The notes under the pieces were generated by a model that was not told the origin of the DNA, did not search any database, and was given only the letters and a program-made list of their open reading frames with translations. 64,000 bases of DNA from Penicillus capitatus (lineage: Eukaryota > Plantae > Chlorophyta). Location: the NCBI GenBank assembly GCA_965649825.1, contig OZ287700.1:682001-746000 (forward strand). The letters run 5' to 3'. This document shows positions 24,748-35,300 of this stretch, in pieces. The translations under genes and the position numbers were made by a program. The stretch's first letter is position 1; each line of letters begins with the position of its first letter.

Positions 24748-27700
24748 TTCGAATGTTTTGGTGATCCTGATCGTCGCTTTTTGTCAGTCATTTGCATCAG
24801 CAGATGGCCGTGGCCGAGATGCCGCGCCAGCGACAAAATGTAAAACGCGCTCTCCTGTCCACGGTAGCCATGTGTTTAGGAGCATCATACCGATCTCGAT
24901 GCAGAAACACCCGTTCTCTGTCCATAACATCTTCTTGTTGCAGCAGTCCGCATAGATGCCGTCGGTGCAGAGGGCTCATGATAGAGAGGACGCGCTGAGC
25001 GTTTCGATGTCCAAACGGCTTCGAAGGTCCTTGCTCGTCTGCTGAACTATTGACGTGAACACCTTCACTTGTGGCGTGACGTCTCTGACTGACGGTGCAT
25101 CACCGGAGGTCTCTGAAATGACACAGAGTTGAGAACTTAGGAGAGTGTCACAATCGTATGCAACAGCACAAGAACCCTCAGATAGAATCTCTGTACAAAG
25201 CGCCTCGACTTCAACTGCTGGCCTTGTCTTTCAATCAGGGATTTTGTTCGGGAATCGTGTGACGTCGCTTCGGTATCAATAGTCGATTCTCGAAAGAGGA
25301 GTATAAAGTGACCTCCCCTCTAGCTCAAAACAAAAACACTCTGTAAAACGCACCTATTCCTGCATGTTAAGAGGAGGCGGTGATCGTTTGATGATGATCT
25401 CGTTGGTTGACGCCTTGTTCTCCTTCGCGGACAAAACCGAAGAGCGCTATGGCGACGTAAGGTCTGTTGTGGGTGGCGTCGCCCTTCTCTGTTGCAACAA
25501 AGCCGATGAGTCACTACAACGAGCAAGACGATGATCGTTCTTTGCCTTGGGAGCGGTCGGTTGCAATACTGCTCTATCGACACCATCGGCTGCTCGGCTC
25601 TCCAAACGCGAACCGCATTGTCATTGCATTGTCTTCGCTTCAGACGACATCGCTTATGCTGTCGAATCTTACAGATGTGTTCCGTCATAGTACGATAACC
25701 AATCCTCTCTAGGAACGTCGAAAGAATGCACACTGTGAAGATCCACAAAGGAAAGGCTTCGATTCCAAGAGTCCTTGACGACTGGATGAGAAAACTGGTC
25801 TACGTTGGGCTCCTCCAGCAACGCGGTGAATCTTAAGAGCTTCCGCTGTTAGACTAGTTACCGCCTTTAATGGAAAAGGTAAAACACGAGATGCAGATGC
25901 TGTACTCAAAAAGTCCACAGGGATATTTGCGAAAACAACCAAATGATGGACAATGAGCATGGACTGTGATAATCATCAAAAGATTTCTCCACCAGCCAAG
26001 TCTCTAGTGAGGGATTCTTCGGAGTTTCATCGACTTCATGCACGTCACCAACCCGAAAGTGCAGCTAGCAATTCTTGAACGGCCTCAGGGGCCGGGATTA
26101 TCGCGCGAGATAGAAAAGAATTTCTTAGAATCTAGCCAACAGAGGTCTGTCAGCAAGGATAGATCTTTAAAGATAGTCTGCACCCCGACATCTGAGGAAA
26201 TCATCTTCGATCGATTCTTTGTATTCGAATTCTATTAAAGCTGTGGTGGCCAATGCTTGTCACGAACGCGTCTGACAGGGCCGTCCACGAGAACTCATCA
26301 ATTAACACGCCAATTGCCACACAAGCGTTAAGCACAGGCGGTTCTGCATGCAAACTGCCACACACCCTCTTTCTTGCCACTGCCATCCATCCGCCCTTTC
26401 TCGGTCAATGCCCCAGGTAAGGCCTGCTTCGAAACCTGTTAGCCGTTCAGGTATTCGACGATTCACGGCATCTGGCATTCGCATTTCCAGTTACCTCGGT
26501 GGCCATGAAGAAGGCACGAGATCTCGCAGAACAAGGATGCCGATCTTCGACAATGCCGAGATCACACTCTCCTCATAGAACTGGTTGGATGCTCAGAGCC
26601 GATACATCCGGTTACCGAATCTGGATCGAGCTTCAAGAACGGACAGTGTAATGGACATAGCCAACCTTTAGAACGGTGCAGACCTGTCTTCTGTCTGTGC
26701 TGCGAGGAGGCAGTCCGTGTGCTCTTGGCTCGACTCCCGTGTCAAAGATGTTGCCTCCGTGGCCTGCGAAAGCGATCTCCAGTCCGCCGAGACTGCAAAC
26801 GCTGCCTTTTAGCGTCAAGTCCACAGCTCGCGTCGCGCACTTCCAGTGTAACCTGTGTTCATCTTGGCCCTTGCCGTACAGAAACGAGCGACAAATTCGT
26901 CAACGGTCCATGGAATCCACGGTTGCGCGTACTGAATCCCCCAGACTCTTCGCCTTCAACGACCTGCGCAGAGAACCACGACTGGCTTGTTCCAGCTCAC
27001 TTCGGCAAAATGCGTTCACTGCATCAGGATCAGAGCAAGTCACTCCGTCATCTCGTTTCTTAGTCTCTGTGTACGGAGATCGTGAGTATCGAAGATCGTG
27101 TTGCGAGGAGCTGTCTATCCTTTGTCCAACTGCAAGAGTATCGGCGATATTAGATGGCGTTCTGCACACACATGTACTGCAAACAATCAAATATGTAACA
27201 CAAATGATCATGCTACCCAGCAATACTCTCTCTCTCTCTCTCCACTCTCTTGCTGTCTGTCATCTCTCTTTCTCCACGGAACCAAACGGAGTGGCTGCGA
27301 TGTCACACTGGCTCCTTCGGACAGACAAGTGCCAACTGCAACAACCCGACGTGTGCACACCGACTCAGCTATCATTCCCACCATAGAGCTCCTCTGCACA
27401 GCAAAACCTGTTCAGGACGTCGGATCCTGGCCATAGAGGACACTCCATGTCAGCAAATCCAGCTGTCTCGGCTGCGGGAACGATATTGACTTGTCGTCGG
27501 CCGTGCAGCGCCAGCCACCACTCCGGAGCTCCACCTTTCGAAAGCTCGAGGAGGTAAGTGTACTGTCGAACACTCACGTGCACGTGTCACTCATCCGCTA
27601 CCATGTGCCCTGCCTACACTGTTTCGGAGCAAAGCACTAGGAAAACAACTGCTCCATACCACACGCAGACAGCTTTGCTTTCCTGGGAAGACACAGACGG

Positions 27701-28240
27701 CTCGGATCTTTCAGAATATCACTCAAAGCACGGCGAATCCCGGTATACCCTCACTGCTCACACACCAGCGGACCGCTCTCGGCCACAGAACCGAACCCGC
27801 CAACGACGACAATGGCAGAGCTGCCTGTGCGCAGCTCGACAGGCAACTCTCCATGCCCGTCGCTCTTCGCAATCCATGCAGACGAGAGAACACTGCTGAC
27901 CCGCTGCTCTGTCTTGCTCCGATGGGCCGCGCATGCCTCGCCGGCCACGCCGAGTGCCCGAGCTAGACGAGGACGTCTGCAGTCCGGCGGCGGACGATAC
28001 CTGCAAGGCTTCTGCGCGAGCCCAGATCGATCGAGAACGGCGCCGACTGAGAGGAATCCGTGCCTAGACTCTCCAGCGAACGACATCTGCGGCGAGTCGG
28101 CCGAAAACATCCATCCCCGACGCCAGAGAACTCCAACGTCCGCGTCTTCCGACCGTTGATCCGCAACCGAGACGGCAAAAGGAGGTTCGCCTGATTGCCG
28201 AGGACCTTTTATCGGTTTCAGGCGCGCGATTTTTCTGACG

Positions 28241-29427
28241 ATGGACTGCGAGACTGTGACTCCTTGCGCGAACGACCCCAAGTACTCCTTTCCAGGGAAA
28301 GAGTAAGTGATTCTCTGTCCTCTAATGCCTCCGCCGCCATGCGTTGCGGCCTTTGAGCCGTGCGTCGACTCTTCCCGTTCTACCGCCTTCCGCACACGTC
28401 GATACCCATGTGCGAATGCCGGAAGCAGGATAAGCGCTCGCGGCCATCCAATCTCTCGGCATGCGGCTGTTTTCGACGTCTTTGCGCGTTTTCTGTTCTT
28501 CACGTCATCGAAGCCTGCAGACGCGTCGCTGCTCTGCATGACAGATACTGACTTCTTGTGCACTTTGTAGGTTTTCGGAGATCTCCTTGCAAGAGGTCCT
28601 GGGGAAGAGGCCCCCTAGGGGGTTCGTGGGGTTAGCACCTGCCGAAAGGGAGGCGTTGTTCTGGGAGTTGAAGGCGCAGTCGACGGCGCAGATGGCGCCA
28701 AGGGACGAGCCACCTGTCCGGTTTGGCCAACCTGCTGGCCAGACCGGTCAGCAGACTACAACGACGAGCAGGCGTCCGCGTCGCATTTCCGCAGAGGAAA
28801 GACAACGGCGCCTCGCTTCGTGCCAGCCACCTGGCAACGGCGTCCCGGAGGTAAGCTTACATCCATCCACGCGACTCTTCTCTTTTGACTCTTTTGTCTT
28901 GCAGGCCATGCCTCCATCGTCATCTGCGTCGCCGCCGCCTCAGCAGCCATCCGGGCCGCCGCCGACATGCACTGCGCCGCCGCAGCTGTCCGCCTCTGCC
29001 ACCATGCAGTGGTCACCCTCTCCACCTCCCGAGCCCACCCTGTCCTCGCCTTCCCTGCAGACTACACAGCCTCCTCCTCTCTTTCCACCTCGTCCCCAAA
29101 TTTTTTGCATCCCGGCAACACCTCCTCCTTCGATCCCGCCCCGTCCTCTAAAGTTTTCCCTGCCCTCTCGTCCCCCTGCCATACCTAAACGCACCTCCGT
29201 TTTCTCCTTTACCAGCCCTCCTGTAATCCCCCAGCGCCCTTTTATCTTTTCTGTGGGCCCACTTGGCATTCCTCCCCGCCCCTACTTCCTCTCCGGAGAG
29301 TGTGTGCCCTTGACTGGCAGTGCCATTCCGGAGCGACTGTTCTTCCTTTCTGGCCAGTGTGTAAGTCAATCCTTTCTCTCTTTTTTCTTTTATATTGTTT
29401 TTTGTGTAGGTCTTTATCCAAGACTAG
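28241..29427 (+). CDS. Orphan proline-rich protein with PxIPxR-type repeats; predicted exons 28241-28302, 28571-28850, 28905-29360, 29410-29427
   Basis: Three strong GTAAG donors with matching YAG acceptors splice in frame from ATG 28241 to TAG 29427. The 310-codon ORF 28587-29519 reads through two of these introns. Confidence 0.5.
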
Positions 29428-29489
29428 TTAGTCTAGAATCCTCACCTTTCCGTTCTTTCGGAAGCTGTTTTCTTTTTGGAGGGGGGCAG

Positions 29490-29735
29490 GAAAACAATAA
29501 AAAGAATAAAAATTTTTAATTTTCTCACACATCTCACACTTTTTTTGTGTGAGATGTATAGGTCAAAAAATGAAAAATTAAAAAATCTCACACTCTGATA
29601 AGTGTGATGAATAGTATTTTTTTATTTTAAAAAAAATAAAAAAAATAAAAATTAATAATCATCTCACACTTCTGAAGGTATGGGATTAAAAATCACAAAA
29701 AAAATAAAAAAATTAGAAAAATGAATAAACAATGA
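29490..29735. repeat. AT-rich island with clustered ATCTCACAC(T) motifs in both orientations
   Basis: ATCTCACACT at 29531, 29585 and 29661; TCTCACAC at 29523; inverted GTGTGAGAT at 29547 and AGTGTGAT at 29601; all embedded in A/T tracts. Confidence 0.85.
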
Positions 29736-30268
29736 CCTGTCTTTTCGCCAGTGACTGTGGGGCTGTTTTCTATATTTTCTTGTTTCGTTAGTGTGTTTGG
29801 CATATTCTGGCAGTCACGAGAAACTTCAATCCGACTGTATGCCTAGTTTTGATCTTTGTGCGCTGTTTAAGGAGGTGAGGTGGTTTGTAGCGTGTGTTAT
29901 TTGCTGTGAGGTGGGCAGATTTTTATTTGCTAACAGTTCTTTGTGGTGGTAGCTTGCGAGACATTTTTGTTGTCATGCATATCGGATTTTGTCTTTTCAA
30001 CGACCTTTGAAGATGTGGTTTTGCCGAGGGATGTAGCTTTCGAAACGGCCATGGCAGCAATCTTCAGTTGCGGCGGCGGGGCGGCAGATGAGCTATCTTT
30101 AAGACAGATGAATGACCTGCTCAACCGCTTTTCGCAGCTAAAGACGAACAAGAGTCATGCGTGTGTCTGAAAGTGGATTGGAGCATAGAGCAGTGGTCGG
30201 CTGGGAGTGTAAGATGATGTGGAGAGGTGGTTGTTGGGTCGGATCGGTCTGGAGCAGTAAACAAGGAG

Positions 30269-30782
30269 GTGCTGGATGGATGCGGTGGACCTGGACCTGT
30301 GCTGGATGGATGCGGTGGACCTGTGCTGGATGGATGCGGTGGACCTGTGCTGGATGGATGCGGTGGACCTGTGCTGGATGGATGCGGTGGACCTGTGCTG
30401 GATGGATGCGGTGGACCTGTGCTGGATGGATGGATGCGGTGGACCTGTGCTGGATGGATGGATGCGGTGGACCTGTGCTGGATGGATGGATGCGGTGGAC
30501 CTGTGCTGGATGGATGGATGCGGTGGACCTGTGCTGGATGGATGGATGCGGTGGACCTGTGCTGGATGGATGGATGCGGTGGACCTGTGCTGGATGGATG
30601 GATGCGGTGGACCTGTGCTGGATGGATGGATGCGGTGGACCTGTGCTGGATGGATGGATGCGGTGGACCTGTGCTGGATGGATGGATGCGGTGGACCTGT
30701 GCTGGATGGATGGATGCGGTGGACCTGTGCTGGATGGATGGATGCGGTGGACCTGTGCTGGATGGATGGATGCGGTGGACCT
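30269..30782 (+). repeat. Two-block minisatellite: 6 x 24 bp (GTGCTGGATGGATGCGGTGGACCT) then 13 x 28 bp (one extra GGAT)
   Basis: Read directly; a 6-bp GGACCT duplication follows the first unit. The overlapping repetitive ORFs in the track are by-products of this repeat. Confidence 0.97.
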
Positions 30783-33546
30783 GTGGTGTTTGAGGAGCTA
30801 AGAGTGCGAGAAATTTACTCTTCTCTGGGAGGGGTTAGGACGAGTGATGTGGGATTTGTTCTGGTGCAGTGGATTGGGAGGAGTACAGTGTTCTGTCGTG
30901 TGGCTCGGTGAATGACATGCCGAATCCGTTTTTTGAGCAGAATCTGATGAGGTGTCCTTACTGCAAGGTGGTGGATACAACGATGGCTTGCTTTATCTGG
31001 AAAAAGAAAATTATAAACAAGATTTGCTTTACAAGACATGCTGGATGCAAACGATAGTTTGCTGCAACAGATGAATGTGGTGAGAATGGGCAAAACAGCC
31101 GTTATGTGGAACATCAAAGTACAGTAACGCCCTCTTATGATCATCAACATCTCACGTTTATCATCAGGTATAAGAGGGGATTGGATTATATTTATGCACT
31201 CCGGCGAGATGATATCCGGAAAAGAATGATTGGCAATCCAACGTCACCATCCGACACGGTACCGAGATTTTATTAGACACATCACAGGACACTGAGAGCA
31301 AATGCCATTCCAGAAATGAGACAAGGCTGAAGACATCTCTGCTGAAGAGGAAGGACACGGTATCATCTTGATACACAAGAGATCTGCGTCGATAATCCAG
31401 TCTGCAAAGCTTGCGACATCTCACATTATGTCCCCTGCCGTCAGCGAATCTAAGGTTCCCAAAGACTATCTTTCATTTTGATATGTCATGCTAAGTGTGC
31501 TCTGTTCTGCAGAAAGACCAATTGTCTAAGAACGTCGAGAAGAGCTTCCAAGGCAGACAGCAGCATCCTTCCTGCTCGAGCTCAGTTGAATCCGATGTGA
31601 CGTCGACATTGGATCGCAGTATCAGTTTCTGCGAATGGAGTTCTTTCCCGACAAAGGATCTCTTCGATGAGCATGTCAGCGCACCGAATCCTGTACTCGG
31701 CAACACAATTCTCAAGGTTAGGCTAAGGATGTCTCATGCTCCTCTCCTGCATTATCGATTTGACAGGGATTTCAAGAATACGATGTCGAAGAAGTGGCAG
31801 CAGTGGCCTGGCTGCATGATAGAGAGTGCTGGGTCGAGAGAAGATACCTTGGATCGAGTCCTTTCTACAAAAATCGACGCGTTCGTCCTCCTACGAAGAG
31901 ATGGATTCACCAACAGCGGCATTCATCTCGACGACTCTATGCGTGATTGATGGATACATGAAAGCGAAAATCCTGGATCTTGCGACATCATGGCGCCGTG
32001 AGTGCTCTGGAGTCTGGACTGGTGATAAGGAGCAGAAGACTTAGAAGACAGATGACAACTGACAATGCCATTCTGATTTGAAGAGAGAAAGAGAGACCTG
32101 ACCTGCATCGCCTGGATTCACGCATCATCAGACAACAATGATGATACACCGAAAGGCCGTTGGTCGCATGCCAAAAGACTGGATGCATCAGGAAGCAGAC
32201 TGGAGCGTATCCTTTGCCAGCAGTTATCAGGATGCCCTGGATCTGTTTCCGGGGCATGGGAACTCTGAACTCTGGAGATTCGCGCAAATGGACAAGCAAA
32301 ACAGTTTGACTGCAAGATCGTGAGAAAGGAAAGAGCTTCACTGCCGGAACAATGAATTCTTATCCGAAATGAGGATCAGTTTAGTAGTAGTCCAGAGGCT
32401 CCATGGGATCAAGAGACTTGCCCGACCTGGACGAAGATTGACTGTTTCCTTCCAGGTATGTTCGCTGTCACTTATGCACCGAGGTAGCCTGTATCTTACA
32501 GAATCAACATGGAACTGAAGAGGACCGACCACAGTATGGACACTCGATGACGGCAAACAAGATCTCAAATATATCACTGTCACCTACCTTTGGTGCGTCC
32601 TTGAAAAGGGACAATTTCCCTCCAACGAAGATGAAAAGGTAAAAACTCAACAAGAGATGACACCAATCTAAGCTGACAGTGAAGGACGTGCTGGTACAGA
32701 AACAAAAGAAGACATGGTTCCGATGAGAGGGACATCGAGAGAATTCCCGCAGCCAGTTCGCCAGGTCAGAGTCCAGCTGTTGCAGACTAAGCCTAGATGA
32801 TGATTGCATCGTAGTTGTGTAGAAACAGATGTGGATGTACTCCATCACTCTCCTCCAGAGCGCCACTATCCGATTAGGCAGAGGAGTGTGTCTGGGAATG
32901 TGGACAGGCCGGATATCTGAGTTCAGCATGGATGTGGCTTATCGATCCGAAGACTTGGTAGACATTGCTGATGCATCCTCAGATCACATGTCAAGACTCC
33001 ACGAGGATTGGAAGAGCGACAACCGCCCTTCCATAGGGAAGGAGATGGGTTGATGGTCTCTTGTCTGACTATAGCATAGATGAGAAACCACTTGACAACA
33101 TGATCGCTTCACTGACAAGCTTTATCAGGTAGAGAATGCCAAATCTGCCCTTGTGCTCCACGACACAGTGCCATTAGGCAGAGATGAGGAAGAAGAGACA
33201 AAGGGGGAAGACGTCTATCCCTCAGAGACTTCCTGTGGAAATGGCACCTTCACGATTCTAAACGAACTGTGGATTGGATGACTGACAAACTTCGAAGAAA
33301 ACAGCCATTACCGCGAAGGGATTTCCATACAGAATGGAACCATCAGAAACTGGAGACAGAAAGAAGTGGATGCTTCTGAGAGGGCACATCACAGCGCTCA
33401 CGGTCGAGAGGACCAACGATAGATGGCCTTGCAACATCGTCGGTACAGAATTGGAAGAGGCCATCCGTTCATGCAAAGTGGACTCAGAGTCTGGATCAAC
33501 CAGAACACGACTCTATGTTTATGTGGCAGGATTTACTAAAGGACAG

Positions 33547-33764
33547 TGTGAACTCCTCATGGTACGGAACCATGATGTCACATTGGTGACGAGGGATCGG
33601 GAAGATGACGGTCCGATGCGACAGACAGAACTGATGGGATGCTGCGATCGAAAGCATTAAATAGAGACTCATGATGAGTTGTGTGGAAGAAACGTTTTGG
33701 TTTTTTAAAAATATTTGCTACGCAGCACCCATGGCCGACGCGAAGCGCGTTCGTCCCAATGACA
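33547..33764 (+). repeat. 5' LTR (218 bp)
   Basis: TGTGAAC..AATGACA, identical by eye to 38226-38443. Confidence 0.95.
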
Positions 33765-35284
33765 TGGTTTCGGAGCGAGGTTCTCGAACGAGAACCTGGC
33801 TTGTTTACTCGGAGTATACTCGAGACATTCACGAGTGGTTGTTTGAATCGCTGGAAATCACTACGGCGGTAGGACGTGAACGAGACCGAGCGTTGTTGGA
33901 CAGCCTCGAACCCCAGTCGGCAGCCTCGAAACTTGTTTTGCCTCAGCTAAAAGCCGTCCGACGCCTGGACGAAAAGGCATGTCGCGAAGAGCTTGGAGGT
34001 GAAACGGCGTCCGAAGAAACCGCAGTAGACGATCTTCGTTGGCAAGTATTGAATAAACGTTTGGCAGCGCTGTTGCCGAAAGATGACCTCGTGGCGCCCG
34101 AGGACCAGCTCCGTAGCATGAAACGTGATGTAGCGAAGGAAAACTTACTCGTCTACGTGGACCGTTTCGTTCGGGAAGCCCGGTCCTTTGTCGCCCAGCA
34201 AAAGGTGTCGATGGAGAAGGCCGTCCGGATCCTTTATCATCAAATGCCTGAAGAGATACGTCGGGCATTGATCCACACCGGAAAAGCCGGACTGAGTTTG
34301 ATACAAATAGAGACGCTGGTGCGAAACAAGCTCGAGGTGCTGGCCATGACGGACGCTGGAGAATACTCATATCGACAACTGGTCGAATACCTCGATGAAG
34401 CTACTTGTCGACAAAAGGCTAGTGGCAAACCGGAGACCGCCAGATTGGAACTTCCACTTGTGGGTGGAGAAACATCGCAGCCATCAAGCGGGCAACACCG
34501 ACGGTTGGACATCAATAACCCGAACCATGTGATGATCGCATGGAAACGTTTGATGCGGGTGCCCCGTTTTCGACGAGAAGCGCAGAAATATCTCGCCTCG
34601 AACTCCTTTGACGCGAGGCCGGCCACCCAACTCAGGGCTTTACAAACCGAAACCGAAGATGTTGACGATCCTTTGGAGCTTGAACTGACCGAAGAAGACG
34701 GGGATGTTCTTTCGAAACCAGGGCTGTATACCATGTACAAGGGTTACCCTCTGGTCTGCTCTCGAATTTCCCCGGTGGAAAAGGCTAGCATGAACGTGCC
34801 GACCTGCATCGAAGGGACCAAGATCAGTGGTTTGGTGGATACTGGCGCCACTGCATGTTTCATTCAAGAGGCTACTGTGAAAGCATTGGGAATCCAGCAG
34901 AGAGTAACACAGTGTGGAAACCTATACGTTTCGCTGGGAAATGGAAGTGCCTCTCCAATTCTGGGACGCATAAACATCGAAGCCCGTATAGATGACCATC
35001 CATATGAGATGGAAGCGTTTGTGATTGGAGGCAAAGGCCCGCCGCTCATCCTGGGATTCCCTTTCTTCGCTACAAATCAACTTCTCATTGATTGCCAAGA
35101 AAAGAGAATCTGGCGCAGAAATGGTGAAGAAATAACATGCACGCAGGCACAGCTAAAGGTCCTTAACCAAACTGATGTGACCCATCTCCTCGAAGAAATG
35201 CAAAGACTCCAAACTGAGCTCGATGAGCTAAAAGGGCAAAAAAACATCCAAGGAGCATCACTGAATCCAGCCCAGTGGTGTTAA
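33671..35284 (+). CDS. Retrotransposon ORF1: Gag plus aspartic protease
   Basis: Capsid-like LRSMKRD..LLVYVDRF; protease ISGLVDTGATACFI..LGNGS..LILGFPF; no CCHC knuckle seen. The true start may be ATG 33731 or 33764. Confidence 0.9.
   Translation: MMSCVEETFWFFKNICYAAPMADAKRVRPNDMVSERGSRTRTWLVYSEYTRDIHEWLFESLEITTAVGRERDRALLDSLEPQSAASKLVLPQLKAVRRLDEKACREELGGETASEETAVDDLRWQVLNKRLAALLPKDDLVAPEDQLRSMKRDVAKENLLVYVDRFVREARSFVAQQKVSMEKAVRILYHQMPEEIRRALIHTGKAGLSLIQIETLVRNKLEVLAMTDAGEYSYRQLVEYLDEATCRQKASGKPETARLELPLVGGETSQPSSGQHRRLDINNPNHVMIAWKRLMRVPRFRREAQKYLASNSFDARPATQLRALQTETEDVDDPLELELTEEDGDVLSKPGLYTMYKGYPLVCSRISPVEKASMNVPTCIEGTKISGLVDTGATACFIQEATVKALGIQQRVTQCGNLYVSLGNGSASPILGRINIEARIDDHPYEMEAFVIGGKGPPLILGFPFFATNQLLIDCQEKRIWRRNGEEITCTQAQLKVLNQTDVTHLLEEMQRLQTELDELKGQKNIQGASLNPAQWC
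33765..33782 (+). promoter_or_regulatory. Primer-binding site, tRNA-iMet-like
   Basis: TGGTTTCGGAGCGAGGTT directly follows the LTR and matches the plant iMet PBS (TGGTATCAGAGCCAGGTT, recalled) at 15 of 18 positions. Confidence 0.7.
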
Positions 35285-35300
35285 GCTTTGAGTTGCTGGA
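35239..35300 (+). promoter_or_regulatory. Predicted -1 programmed ribosomal frameshift signal (slippery heptamer plus H-type pseudoknot)
   Basis: A_AAA_AAC at 35239-35245 in correct phase; 8-nt spacer; stem 1 is 35254-35263 with 35273-35282; stem 2 is 35266-35271 with 35295-35300. Confidence 0.8.

Noticed and set aside
26450-27100. Minus-strand fragments with a gag-like look (QPWIPWTVDEFVARF)
   Set aside because: The fragments are short and stop-interrupted, with no PR, RT or LTR support; kept only as part of the island observation.
27751-28563. 270-codon minus-strand ORF
   Set aside because: No recognisable domain; GC-rich sequence; strong splice donors here are on the plus strand. The YSFPGKE peptide appears on both strands only because of a short near-palindrome at about 28282-28305.
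30157-30911. Long repetitive ORFs (WMDAVDLC / VLDGCGGP)
   Set aside because: All three frames are open only because the minisatellite lacks stop triplets, and the 28-bp period cycles through frames. It is also not a CRISPR array, as there are no spacers.
33625-33705. Hammerhead-like words (CTGATG, TGATGAG..GAAAC) in the LTR
   Set aside because: No intact CUGANGA core and no stem II between the motifs.
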